From assembly GCA_030141605.1 (NCBI GenBank), contig JAQGDQ010000221.1, positions 1 to 64,000 on the forward strand: a DNA stretch of 64,000 bases. Reading direction: 5' to 3'. The translations under genes were made by a program, and so were the position numbers. Shown here piece by piece: positions 42,880 through 54,714 of this stretch; positions within the stretch are counted from its first letter, which is position 1, and each line of letters starts with the position of its first letter. A model generated the notes under the pieces. That model saw only the letters and a list, made by a program, of their open reading frames with translations. It did no database searches and was not told the origin of the DNA. Source of the stretch: Tubiluchus corallicola. Lineage: Eukaryota > Animalia > Priapulida.

Positions 42880-43750
42880 TCTTCAAAACGATTTAATGTA
42901 TGTATTTTTAATTTTGATTTGAACTCGTAGAAAGACTTGATTCTGAGGGCATTCCAGAGTTCGACTCCTTGTTTAGTGATACAATTGTTGCCGATTTGTT
43001 ACTAGTGCGCGTTTGTTTGATATTGTGTGTTCTTGGACTTAATGTTGGCCCAAGGAGGATGTCGCAAAGTTCGTCTTAATTACTTCGCGTTTGATTAACT
43101 TGACTTGTGAATATTACATTGTTTGTCTTCTTGCTCATCTCTCTTTCATAATTTTTTACATCTCATTCTTTTTTAGGCTTGTTATAACATTGAAATAGCT
43201 TAAATAGGCTTGTTATAACATTGAAATAGCTTAAATAGGCTTGTTATAACATTGAAATAGCTTTAATTTCCCTCTAATCTTATTGTACGTATTTGCTTCT
43301 GAATGACCTTTTACATTAATAGTGTTCTAGTTTTCTGTATTTAAGCTGTGTAAAACAGATCTACCTTGAACATTTAGACCTGTGGGCTAGCCAGGCTAAT
43401 TGTTATCTGTGTTTTAGTATAGTGGTATTTTAGTATTGATAATAATTATGTTGTTTGAATCTTTGATTGTAAAAGCTAACAGGCTTAATAATTGTGGGCA
43501 AACTTTAATTCAGTATCAGCTCTCCCCCTTATTTCCTTACCCACAGCGGAGTGGAAGCTTATTTTTATGAATGGCGTGTTAATATTGTTGATATATTTGT
43601 ATAAACATAGGATTGTGTAGAAGTCTTTATGTGCTTGTAAAATTGGGATTTTAAATATTGTTCTTAATTATATTGCAGAAGTTTGTTTTGCGATGAAAAA
43701 CGTTTTATTTGAATAGTCAGAGACTAATCTTAAGCTATGATTTTGAAGAC
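42880..43750 (-). mobile_element. Decayed CR1/L2-group LINE, ORF2 3' end
   Basis: Minus strand ~42885-43000 reads IGNNCITKQGVELWNALRIKSFYEFKSKLKIHTLNRF, matching the G-x-x-LWN-x-L...FK-x-KLK C-terminal motif; 5' extent uncertain. Confidence 0.55.
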
Positions 43751-44114
43751 TATTTAGTTTATTATAGCTGTATCTTGAAATTTCATAAAAAGACATGCAC
43801 TCGTATAAAGAAGTGGGGTTGAATGAGAATTTAAAAAAATAATAGTTTAGTTAGTCGACCCTTTACCGGTCGTAAGCCTAGATAGAATAGTCTTATATTA
43901 AAAACAATAAAAAAACAAAAGTTTAGTTGCATTTAATATATTATAATTGTTGTGAATAAATTTAGGAATACGAATTTTGGTGAATAATTAATGGAGTTAT
44001 CAGATGAATTAGATTCAGATGATAAACTCACGCCTCCCTGATTTCGTTAATTTAATTTATACGGTTGAACAAGAAACTCCTCCAGCTGGCAGCTCGAATT
44101 TAATGAGTTAGAAT

Positions 44115-45146
44115 TGTCACACGATTTGTAGAAAGTGCAGGTGTAGTGTTCGAGAAGACTCTATTGTTTAACTAGAATACATGCAGAGTAGGAGATAATT
44201 AGGAGAAGGTCTAGAGCGATTAAGTTGTCGCGTGCAAATAAGTTAATGAAGAGAGACAAGGTCGAGTATCAGTGCTCATCGGACATTAGAAGGAAATCAA
44301 AAGTTATGCCGACCAGATGGTATGGAAGTCTCAAAAGCGACGGAATTTAAGAAACTCATTACTGGTTATAAAATCAGAAGTGAAAGGAAAGTCGCTGTCC
44401 AGGAGGTAGCAGATGTTGCCAGATGGTGCAATATCTGGAAGGTCAGCTCTCAGAAATATAGGCTCTAGGAAAATTTACCTAGACACACACATCGGGGTGA
44501 CGTAGGCGAGCGTCACACAACACGAGCAAGAGAGGGAGTCTGACAGTGGTTTGCTGCCATACCGTGTGTCCGGGACATCTTCTACAAGACAAGAAGTAAC
44601 GTTGGCCCAGCGTAGAGAGGAATCTGCGTACTTAGCAATCGACTGAGCACTGGTGCTACGTAGTCTCGAAAAGGAATCAGGATTTGACCAAGTGTAGGGG
44701 TACATTGGTCAATCCACAAGTTAAGTGGTTCAACTTATATATTTTGTATCAGTATCTGAATAGCTGTAACCGTTACGTTGTATTAAGCACCTTCAGTGCA
44801 GCACATCGAAATTGTTAGTCATTAAGTGAATAGCATCTTCTCTGGAGCTATACTCTAGTTGTAAACGCCCACCGGCGTATAAGACCAAATCTTATAGTAA
44901 AGCCAGAGTTGATTAAAGTGTAATTGTAAATTCAATAAAGTCTGTTCACTGTATTAGCGCAGACATCGAGTTTGTGAATGATTAGAGCGTTAACGGTAAT
45001 TTGCATACGCATCACTAAATCCTAGATACGAACTTGAGGAGATTCGCATTGTACTTAAAAGCTCAATTGCGGGAGCTAAGCTTGTAAACCTGAGGGATAA
45101 AGGCCTCACTCACAACGCACGGTCAAAGTGAAAGTCGTGTAGGACA
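44115..45146 (+). mobile_element. Probable LTR (solo or 5') of an LTR retrotransposon
   Basis: TGTCACACGA ... TCGTGTAGGACA termini, TATAAAA at ~44367, AATAAA at ~44934, higher GC than flanks; TSD not clean. Confidence 0.5.
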
Positions 45147-45771
45147 AGATCATTGCCTTAGCGACTTAACTAAAGCCCTCGGAGTCGGGCAGACGATATT
45201 CGATCAATTACCTGAGAGCGAACAATAAGCGAATCTATAAAATCTAAAATATCAATCAAATCAATTAATTCAAGATCACTCGACACGGCAAAATAACTAT
45301 ACGATCACTTTATCGAATGGAGAACTTGATATAATTAGTACAAAATTAAACTAACTGAGCAGGTGACCATGCGACTGAACTTTTGACTAAACAGCCTGTA
45401 TAAAAAACGTTCTAGCGGCGCTTGGTGGGTGGGACTCTCGGAAGGCGGTATATAGCTCTTTAGAAAGAGCAGGAACTGAGCTACACGGTAATGTGGGTGA
45501 GATTTTAGGACGCCTGTACTAAAAGAAGCTGCAGCGCGTTAATTGGAGGTTCCATTTTCCGCAATTCTCGCTTGGAAAACTGCTGACATTTTTCATTGCT
45601 CTGACGTCATCCCATTGTACTCAGTCTAAAACTTTATCTATCTATTCTATTATATTAATATTCTTGGTATATATATAAGATTCGAGGCTACAGCCCGGAC
45701 GAGGGCACCATTTGCGGCGATCTATACATCAAACGAAAGGTCTCGATCTAGTGTCGTGCCATTGATGGTTA

Positions 45772-45772
45772 C

Positions 45773-45817
<45 letters not shown>

Positions 45818-46478
45818 CTACCTACCTACCTACCTACCTACCTACCTACCTACCTACCTACCTACCTACCTACCTACCTACCTACCTACCTACCTACCTA
45901 CCTACCTACCTACCTACCTACCTACCTACCTACCTACCTACCTACCTACCTACCTACCTACCTACCTACCTACCTACCTACCTACTTACCTACCTACCTA
46001 CCTACCTACCTACCTACCTACCTACCTACCTACCTACCTACCTACCTACCTACCTACCTACCTACCTACCTACCTACCTACCTACCTACCTACCTACCTA
46101 CCTACCTACCTACCTACCTACCTACCTACCTACCTACCTACCTACCTACCTACCTACCTACCTACCTACCTACCTACCTACCTACCTACCTACCTACCTA
46201 CCTACCTACCTACCTACCTACCTACCTACCTACCTACCTACCTACCTACCTACCTACCTACCTACCTACCTACCTACCTACCTACCTGCCTACCTACCTA
46301 CCTACCTGCCTACCTACCTACCTACCTACCTACCTACCTGCCTACCTACCTACCTACCTACCTACCTACCTACCTACCTACCTACCTACCTACCTACCTA
46401 CCTACCTACCTACCTACCTACCTACCTACCTACCTACCTACCTACCTACCTACCTACTTACTTACTTACTTACTTACC
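45772..46478. repeat. (ACTT)n(ACCT)n(ACTT)n microsatellite, ~700 bp
   Basis: Direct inspection. Confidence 0.97.
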
Positions 46479-46483
46479 TTCTC

Positions 46484-46558
46484 AGTCACCCATCCAAGTA
46501 CTAACCCGCCTCGTCGTTGCTTAACTTCGGTGATCAGAGGAGAACCAGTGTCATCAAC
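46484..46558 (-). pseudogene. 5S rRNA internal fragment (box A to box C)
   Basis: GTTGATGACACTGGTTCTCCTCTGATCACCGAAGTTAAGCAACGACGAGGCGGGTTAGTACTTGGATGGGTGAC. Confidence 0.85.
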
Positions 46559-46867
46559 CTGTTTTGAACAACAGGTATCTTCAGCGCCGTAATCGCGTAT
46601 AAGCACCTGCTCGTCATGTACAAGAATTGCAAACTTGCTACATAGGAACACGTAGTCATGCGTATAAATTGTCCTCAAATACCAGCAAAATCCACACTAA
46701 GTTTCGTTTATTAACAATCAGTATGCAAATCAGTAACAACGGTATACAAACATGTTTAATATTAGCCTATATCGATTCGATTTTTTTTACTTTTTCAAGA
46801 ACGGTAGTGAACTAGTTAAAAAAAGACAAAAATTCGGATTTCCGTGATAAGTAATGTAGCTTGTCGC

Positions 46868-47091
46868 CTAGGATTCACAAATATACGGCAGTTTTGCTGT
46901 ATCACACGAGAAGTCATTCCACGTGTTCCCATTTGCCCTCAGGATGGCGCAGCTTTCGCCATCGCCGTAATTATCCGGTTGGCCATCTGCTACGTCCCAA
47001 GAAGTAAAAAGGGCAGGTCGACCTGTTGCAGACCACCTCCAGTCACCCTCCTCGTGTATGTCGGTTAAGCCAATCCAAAAATGCTCACCAG
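46868..47091 (-). CDS. C-type lectin domain, terminal exon (galactose-type QPD/WND); upstream exons not found
   Basis: Acceptor ttttaataaag|CT, open to TAG: GEHFWIGLTDIHEEGDWRWSATGRPALFTSWDVADGQPDNYGDGESCAILRANGNTWNDFSCDTAKLPYICES*; AATAAA at 46707-46712. Not in the ORF track because it has no ATG. Confidence 0.9.
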
Positions 47092-47635
47092 CTTTATTAA
47101 AAACAAAATGTATTTAATATTAAATTTGGTGATTTACCATTATATTTTCATATAATATAACTGTTATTTAACTTTTATACATTCCACAGCAATTATAACG
47201 TACTTTATCACTCCCATGAAACACTAAAATAACAAATATTATCAGTGATTTTTTTCCAAATTTTGACCAAACAGCCTGCGAAAAAACGTTATAGCCGCAC
47301 CTGGTGGGACTCTCGGCAGGAGCTATACGGCTCTTTAGAAAGAGGAGGAACAGGGCTACACGATGATGTCGCCTATATTTTAGGACACGTCCACCAAGAG
47401 GAGTACCGAGGAGTTAATTACATGTTTTATTTTTGGCAATTTTCGCTTGGAAAACTGCTGACGCAAAGCCATTGTTCTGACGTCATCCATTATACTATGT
47501 TTATAACCTTATTTTTAATTCAGTAAAAGCTTCTGGCTTTGTGCTAGGTAAGTAAACAAACACTAGGTAGGATGTTCGCGTATTATTGATTGTACGTGTG
47601 TTTATACGCAAAATTTTTTGCGGGGCCTTTGCTAG

Positions 47636-47875
47636 TCTCTTATATTAATATTCTTGGTATATATATAAGATTCGAGGCTACAGCTTCGACGAGGGCACCA
47701 TTTGTGGTGATCTATATATCAAACGAAAGGTCTCGATCTAGTGTCGTCTCATTGGTTTTTTTTTCGAATGGGGCCCACCACGAGGAACGGGGGGCGAAAA
47801 ACCTCCAAAAATGGCCCTTTTTCGGCCGTTTTTTGCAAAAAGTTATTTGCAAATCTTTTGCGGGGCCTTTGCTAG
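47636..47875 (+). mobile_element. Non-autonomous Helitron-like element, 240-bp minimal unit, joined head-to-tail to the previous unit
   Basis: Starts TCTCTTATATTAATA directly after CTAG; ends GCAAA-tct-TTTGC hairpin, ggggcctttg-CTAG|T. Confidence 0.8.
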
Positions 47876-48167
47876 TAACTTATTAATGCTGTTGGCTGTC
47901 GTAATTTAAGCTTATTAATAGTCGTCTATTACGATCGAAAGGAGCAATTTGCAAAAACTGCGTGGGAATGTCCGTGCACTATTGATCATTGGTGGATGGA
48001 TCTAAGAGCTATAGCATGCATATTAATATTAATAACCATTTAATGTGCTCATTCATGTACATTTACCGAAAGAATAGCTATTATCACATATTTGCTGCTG
48101 AAAGATTGTGTCTAACGACTAAAGTTTACAATTCCCCACACACACAAAATTAGTTCGTGAAGCGGAT

Positions 48168-48246
48168 TAGGGTTAGGGTTAGGATTTGAGTTTGGGTTAC
48201 GGAGCGTTGGGGAAGGATTAGGGTTTGGTTAGGGTTAAGGTTAGGC
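48168..48246 (+). repeat. Degenerate interstitial (TTAGGG)n
   Basis: ttagggttagggttagg...ttagggtttggttagggttaaggttagg. Confidence 0.7.
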
Positions 48247-48439
48247 CTGCAGGGGCATAATCTGGCCTAGGCATTTTACACCCTGGGTATAGTTTGGCCT
48301 TGAACAGTTTGTCGCCTGGTGAGTGAAATACACTAGCAACGGAGGTCCAAATTGTATGTACGTGTACTAATAATTGCGCGTTTATGTATGTTAATGCAGT
48401 CACAAAAGTACTAATAAAGATTCATTATTCTTTTTGCTG

Positions 48440-48516
48440 TTGTCGTCGTTGTCGTCGCCATCGTCGTTGATGTTATTATCATTATCATTATCATTATCAT
48501 TACTATTATTATTATT

Positions 48517-48601
<85 letters not shown>

Positions 48602-48782
48602 TCATTATCATTATCATTATCATTATCATTATCATTATCATTATCATTATCATTATCATTATCATTATCATTATCATTATCATTATCATTATCATTATCA
48701 TTATCATTATCATTATCATTATCATTATCATTATCATTATCATTATCATTATCATTATCATTACCATTATCATTATCATTAT
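48440..48782. repeat. Compound (ATCATT)n/(CAT)n/(CAG)n microsatellite
   Basis: Direct inspection. Confidence 0.95.
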
Positions 48783-48925
48783 TAATATATTATACTGCTA
48801 GCTTAAGCGTTAGTCTGTACTGTAATCATAAGCATTTTGGTTCAAATAATGTCTTAGATCAGTGAAGTTGACAGCTCAAAAAAGTGTCTACCTGTCATAA
48901 CCAGTAATAAGCAATCATAACCTAC

Positions 48926-49552
48926 CTGTCATAACCTAACCATCATTTGGATTAACATTTTTATGCAGTTTTGGCTCTTTCATTCGCTTCAGTCCATTGT
49001 CTTGAAGGTCAATATAATTGAACCTCGGACTGTTTGTCAAGTACAACTCCAAATGTTCCAGGTTCTTGCAGCCATGAATGGCAATGCGTTGCAGCTCACT
49101 GAATTCGTAAAACAACTCAGGTTCAATTTTATGCAAATTTTGCAATTCAATCAACCGGAAATTCTTAACTTTGACCACGATATTGCTTTCGCCTAAGCTT
49201 TCCAAATTTGCTCCCCAGAAGCAAATGCTAAGACAGCGACGGTCCTTCCAATTAAAAATCCTGGAGGTAGTATGGTTTCTGAGTACTGGTAAATAGAGAG
49301 ACCGTCCAAAAAGACAGGGAGTGCCTTCTCTGTGGCTACAAGTCGTGTCATGTCGATCTTATGGTTCACCCCGCATGACACGTGACATGTTGTAAGTCCA
49401 GTTGTCTTGTTGCATTCTTCTACGCTGGGTTCAAGTTCACATGGCTGGTTAGGAGCGGCTTCTACGAATGTTGTAGAAAATTCCTTGCAAACTGATTTTA
49501 AGAGAAAAGTTGCTACTACTTGCAAGATATGCCTTTTTAACAAAGCCAACAT
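48926..49552 (-). pseudogene. Divergent paralog of the signal peptide-LRR exon, disrupted
   Basis: Two overlapping ORFs join at a G4 run (49213-49216). Matches to the intact gene: CHVSCG~CKFQCG, YQYSETILPPGFL~PYYKSDAIPTNWL, PKLHKNV~PRLHENV. In-frame TAG at 48936-48938 just before a phase-1 donor ACAG|gtaggt. Confidence 0.75.
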
Positions 49553-49713
49553 GTTGCTTTCTAAATTACTTTATACACGAAAAGATTGGCAGCTTGGATA
49601 CAGAAAATCATTGCCGAACAATGTGAATATGTAATTATGTTAATGCGAGTTTTTTTTAAATATTCTATTCGGGGAAACAATGAAATAACAACAACGAGAC
49701 AATGGGTTCTTGT

Positions 49714-50981
49714 GTCACGTTCAACGCAGAGACTTGTCTCGCAATAGAAGTTGCCAAGTCGCTCACACGTTGAAACAAGTTGTGAAAGAAGTTGCCAAGC
49801 TGTCCACACGTTGAAACAAGTTGCGAGAAAAGTTGCCAAACCGTCCACACGTTGCAGCAAGTTGTGAGAGAAGTTGCCTAGCCGTTCACACGTTGCAGCA
49901 AGTTGTGAAAGAAGTTGCCAAGCCGTTCACACGTTGCAGCAAGTTGTGAAAGAAGTTGCCAAGCCGTTCACACGTTGCAGCAAGTTGTGGAAGAAGTTGC
50001 CAAATCGTTAACATGTTGCAACAAGTTGTGAGAGAAGTTGCCAAACCGTCCACGCGTTGCAGCAAGTTGTGAAACAAGTTGCCAAACCGTCCACACGTTG
50101 CAGCAAGTTGTGAGAGAAGTTGCCTAGCCGTTCACACGTTGCAGCAAGTTGTGAAAGAAGTTGCCAAGCCGTTCACACGTTGCAGCAAGTTGTGGAAGAA
50201 GTTGCCAAATCGTTAACATGTTGCAACAAGTTGTGAGAGAAGTTGCCAAACCGTCCACGCGTTGCAGCAAGTTGTGAAACAAGTTGCCAGGCCGTTCACA
50301 CGTTGCAGCAAGTTGTGAAAGAAGTTGCCAAGCTGTTCACATGTTGCAGCAAGTTGTGGATTGCCAAGCCGTCCACACGTTCCAACAAGTTGCGAGAGAA
50401 GTTGCCAAATCGTTCACATGTTGCAACAAGTTGTGAGAGAAGTTGGTAAAACGTTCACACGTTGCAACAAGTTTTGAGAGAAGTTGCCCAACCGTTCACA
50501 CGTTTCAACAAGTTGCGAGAAAAATTACCAAGCCGTCCACACGTTGCAACTCGTTGCGAGAGAAGTTGCCAAACCGTCCACACGTTGCAGCAAGTTGTGA
50601 AAGAAGTTGCCTAGCCGTTCACACGTTGCAGCAAGTTGTGAAAGAAGTTGCCAGGCCGTTCACACGTTGCAGCAAGTTGTGAAAGAAGTTGCCAAGCCGT
50701 TCACATGTTGCAGTAAGTTGTGGAAGGAATTGCCAAGCCGTCCACACGTTCCAACAAGTCGCGAGAAAAGTTGCTAAACCGTCCACACGTTGCAACAAGT
50801 TGCGAGAGAAGTTGCCAAACCGTTCACACGTTGCAACAAGTTGCGACAGAAGTTGCCAAACCATTCGCACGTTGCAACTCGTTGCGAGAGAAGTTGCCAC
50901 ACCGTTCACACGTTGCAACTGTACTCCCAGAAAGAAGTTGCGCAACAAGTTGTGAGACAAGTCTCTCCCTCTGAACGCGCT
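49714..50981. repeat. 41-bp satellite (~29 copies) enclosed by inverted repeats (MITE-like)
   Basis: Unit gaagttgccaagccgttcacacgttgcagcaagttgtgaaa; flanks agagacttgtctcgcaa / ttgtgagacaagtctct. Confidence 0.9.
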
Positions 50982-52906
50982 ATAATATAGTGATTGTAAT
51001 ATCAGAACCAAACTGAAGCTGTTAATTTGGTTAGAATTTGGTCAGATTACTTCTAGAGTAGGACCATCCCAATACAACAAATAACCCCTAAATCACAGCG
51101 ATGTGTTTGCAATCAAGATATGTGTTCGAAGTGGTGATCCGTAATAAATTCTTAGGAAAAAAGTCACAGGAAGTCACAATTTTGGTGAGGAAAATGTTAC
51201 AGAAAAACTAACAATTTTGGTTAGGAAAGAGTCACAGAAAAAAGTCACAGTTTTGGCTAGGAAAAAGTCAAGAAAAAGTAACAATTTTGGCTAGAAAAAG
51301 TCACAGAAAAAGTGACAATTTTGTCGTGAACTGATTCACGAGTTTGTTTATGAACTTTATAAACTTTAGCAACATTACAACTTTACAGCAAGTTAGACTA
51401 CAGTGAATCATTTTCTCACCTGACTGGTTTCTGATATGCATTACCCAAGGTTAACCAGTTTCAACTGATTTCAACTATTTTTAATCTAGTAGTCACAACG
51501 TAGAGTGCAGAAAAGACAGTCAATAATGAAGTGTTTGTGCCACTAAAGGAGTTAGGTTTATGAGTTTGGTTGCTACATATGTTGACAAAAGCCTTTTTCA
51601 CAAATTCTGGGTAGAAAAGAATGTTAGGTAATCAAACAAAGTATTCAAGTCATTCATAATTTATTTAGCGATCATAAAAACGGCAAATATTTTACAGGAA
51701 GACAGCAAGATTTTTCATATACTACCCCATTTTCATGTCCCATAAAAAGTGTACGTTTTAAACCAATTAATACAGTAAAAGCGCTTCTGGTAATTAAATT
51801 ATAGATCAAAAACGTAATTAAGGCGGGCGAGCCCAACTATTAATGGCATCACATCAAACTAACAAATTTTTCAATAGCAAAAATACTCCACGAGGGTGTT
51901 GCACTAAAACTAGGCAAGTTATAAGATGAAAATTCCAATTTCAAATTTAGTGCTGTGCTCACGCATGAGCTGTCGAACGTGCGTAGTTCGTCAGAACTAA
52001 CACATCTGTACTGAGAGGTACAGGACCTGTTTTTTGTGCAATGCATTTCCAAAATGCAGGCGCTAGAGCCCGTCTAACTAACGAATGGCGAAGTGCATGT
52101 TGTAGCGAAGAGCTAGTGGCGCCAACACTAAATTACATTGGTGTGGTAATGATCTTGCACATAAGTCATTTTTGAAAAAATAGTAGAGTGTTTTGACCTT
52201 CAGTTTTTAACATTGGGTCCGGTTTTGCTTTAAATCAGATATTAACTGACAATACATTTGTAACAGTGCGTTCAGACTAGCCAGTTTATGTCGCGAGTTT
52301 TCACACTGACAGTAAACTCACAAGTGTGAACTGCTTTGCGAGTTACTTTTAGCAAGAAATTGCAAGCTCTCCTAACAGTTGCTATCAGGAGAGTTTCAAG
52401 ACCTAAAGACATCCTAGGCTGATAGTTCTGTCCCACCCATGTAAATTTATAGTTGCTAATGTAATAAGCAGATTAAACAATTACTTGTGGTGTGTTAGAA
52501 ACACTTTTAACATAATTTCTACGTGGTCATTATTAATTACGTGTATCTGCATAGCACTTATATTCAGCAGGCTGCGCAACTGCTTGTTGTGTGATACCTT
52601 CCACCCGTTCGTTATGTAGCAATTATCTAAAGTTGCACTCAGTAACTGTCTGCAGTGTGTTATGAAATGCGCCCTTTACATGAATAAAAAAGTATGCACT
52701 TTTCTCGGGGAGAATAAGAATAACAATATGGGTAGTGGCATGAACTCCTGAGCATAGCAGTGCACGAATATTTTATTTCAGAGGCGCAATAAAACACATA
52801 ATTATAGCACACGGTTACATCACTACACACATTTTAGTTTAAATTAATTTTGTTTCACTCATAGTGATTTTTCTCTTGATGTTCAATGAAATGCGTCAGA
52901 TCAATT

Positions 52907-53025
52907 TTATTTTAAAGTATTTTTCTCTAGCCTTTCAACTGCTCTCCGTTGTTTCACTACTGTACCTTTGGATTCTCCTTGTATAGTTTTTTCACTGTCT
53001 GATTCTTCACTGTCTTTGCTAAAGC
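52907..53025 (-). CDS. Candidate alternative tail exon 9 (distal), ends ...RLEKNTLK*
   Basis: Phase-1 acceptor, open frame GFSKDSEESDSEKTIQGESKGTVVKQRRAVERLEKNTLK*. Confidence 0.5.
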
Positions 53026-53130
53026 CTGCAAAATGATAACAACAAATATTGTAAACATGTTTAGTAGACTAGTGTAAGTTGCCAAATGCGTACATGTATG
53101 AGTCATACAGTTAGTTTGCTAGCTACCACT

Positions 53131-53327
53131 TTAGTTAAAATTAAATTTTGTTTCACTTCTTGTGATTTTTCTCTTGATGTTTAATGAGATACATCGGTCA
53201 CAGATCAATTTTATCAGAGTATTTTTCTCTAGCCTTTCAACTGCTCTCCGTTGTTTCACAACTGTACCTTCGAATTCTCCTTGTTCAGTTTTTTCACTGT
53301 CTGATTCTTCACCATCTTCACTAAAGC
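53131..53327 (-). CDS. Candidate alternative tail exon 8 (long class), ends ...KITRSETKFNFN*
   Basis: TAG acceptor, open frame of 197 nt. Confidence 0.45.
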
Positions 53328-53513
53328 CTACAAAATGATAACAACAGATCTTGTAAACATGTTTAGTAGACTAGTGTCAACTGTCAATTGCATACATGTA
53401 TAAGCCATACAGTTAGCTAGCTAGCTAGCCACTTTAGTTAAAATTAAACTTTGTTTCACTCCTTGTGATTTTTCTCTTGATGTTTAATGAAATACGTCAT
53501 TCGCAGATCAATT

Positions 53514-53632
53514 TTATCTTAAAGTACATTTCTCTAGCGTTTCCACTGCTCTCCGTTGTTTCACTACTGTACCTTTGGATTCTCCTTGTTCAGTTTTTCC
53601 ACTGTCTGATTCTCCACTATCTTCACTAAAGC
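53514..53632 (-). CDS. Candidate alternative tail exon 7, ends ...ETLEKCTLR*
   Basis: CAG acceptor, open frame. Confidence 0.45.
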
Positions 53633-53804
53633 CTGCAAAATGATAACAACAAATATTGTAAACATGTTTAGTAGACTAGTGTCAGTTGCCAATTGCATAC
53701 ATGTATAGCCATACAGTTAGTTTGCTAGCTAACCACTTTAGTTAAAATTAAATTTTGTTTCACTCCTTGTGACTTTTCTCTTTATGTTCAATGAAATACG
53801 TCAT

Positions 53805-53935
53805 TCACACATCACTTTTATCTTCTAGTATTTTCTCTAGCCTTTCAACTGCTCTCCGTTGTTTCACTATTGTACCTTTGGATTCTCCTTGTTCAGTTTT
53901 TTCACTGTCTGATTCTCCACTATCTTCACTAAAGC
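53805..53935 (-). CDS. Candidate alternative tail exon 6, ends ...LEDKSDV*
   Basis: CAG acceptor, open frame. Confidence 0.45.
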
Positions 53936-54040
53936 CTGCAAAATGATAACAACAAATATTGTAAACATGTTTGGTAGACTAGTGTCAGTTGCCAATTGCA
54001 TACATGTATGAGTCATACAGTTAGTTTGCTAGCTACCACT

Positions 54041-54237
54041 TTAGTTAAAATTAAATTTTGTTTCACTTTTTGTGATTTTTCTCTTGATGTTTAATGAGAT
54101 ACATCGGTCACAGATCAATTTTATCAGAGTATTTTTCTCTAGCCTTTCAACTGCTCTCCGTTGTTTCACAACTGTACCTTCGAATTCTCCTTGTTCAGTT
54201 TTTTCACTGTCTGATTCTTCACCATCTTCACTAAAGC
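54041..54237 (-). CDS. Candidate alternative tail exon 5 (long class), ends ...KITKSETKFNFN*
   Basis: TAG acceptor; GFSEDGEESDSEKTEQGEFEGTVVKQRRAVERLEKNTLIKLICDRCISLNIKRKITKSETKFNFN*. Confidence 0.45.
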
Positions 54238-54423
54238 CTACAAAATGATAACAACAGATCTTGTAAACATGTTTAGTAGACTAGTGTCAACTGTCAATTG
54301 CATACATGTATAAGTCATACAGTTAGCTAGCTAGCTAGCCACTTTAGTTAAAATTAAACTTTGTTTCACTCCTTGTGATTTTTCTCTTGATGTTTAATGA
54401 AATACGTCATTCGCAGATCAATT

Positions 54424-54542
54424 TTATCTTAAAGTACATTTCTCTAGCGTTTCAACTGCTCTCCGTTGTTTCACTACTGTACCTTTGGATTCTCCTTGTT
54501 CAGTTTTTCCACTGTCTGATTCTCCACTATCTTCACTAAAGC
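54424..54542 (-). CDS. Candidate alternative tail exon 4, ends ...ETLEKCTLR*
   Basis: CAG acceptor; GFSEDSGESDSGKTEQGESKGTVVKQRRAVETLEKCTLR*. Confidence 0.45.
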
Positions 54543-54714
54543 CTGCAAAATGATAACAACAAATATTGTAAACATGTTTAGTAGACTAGTGTCAGTTGCC
54601 AATTGCATACATGTATAGCCATACAGTTAGTTTGCTAGCTAACCACTTTAGTTAAAATTAAATTTTGTTTCACTCCTTGTGACTTTTCTCTTTATGTTCA
54701 ATGAAATACGTCAT

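Larger units (their letters stand above)
45646..47635 (+). mobile_element. Non-autonomous Helitron-like element (long unit) carrying cargo
   Basis: 5' TCTATTATATTAATA (could start at 45641); 3' hairpin CGCAAAA-tt-TTTTGCG then gggcctttg-CTAG; both ends shared with the adjacent 240-bp unit. Confidence 0.7.

Noticed and set aside
48168-48246. Chromosome end or fusion site
   Set aside because: Too short and degenerate; more likely part of a repeat element.
49745-50930. CRISPR-like array
   Set aside because: Contiguous tandem units with no unique spacers, eukaryotic context, no cas genes; likewise for the 24-, 33- and 77-bp arrays.
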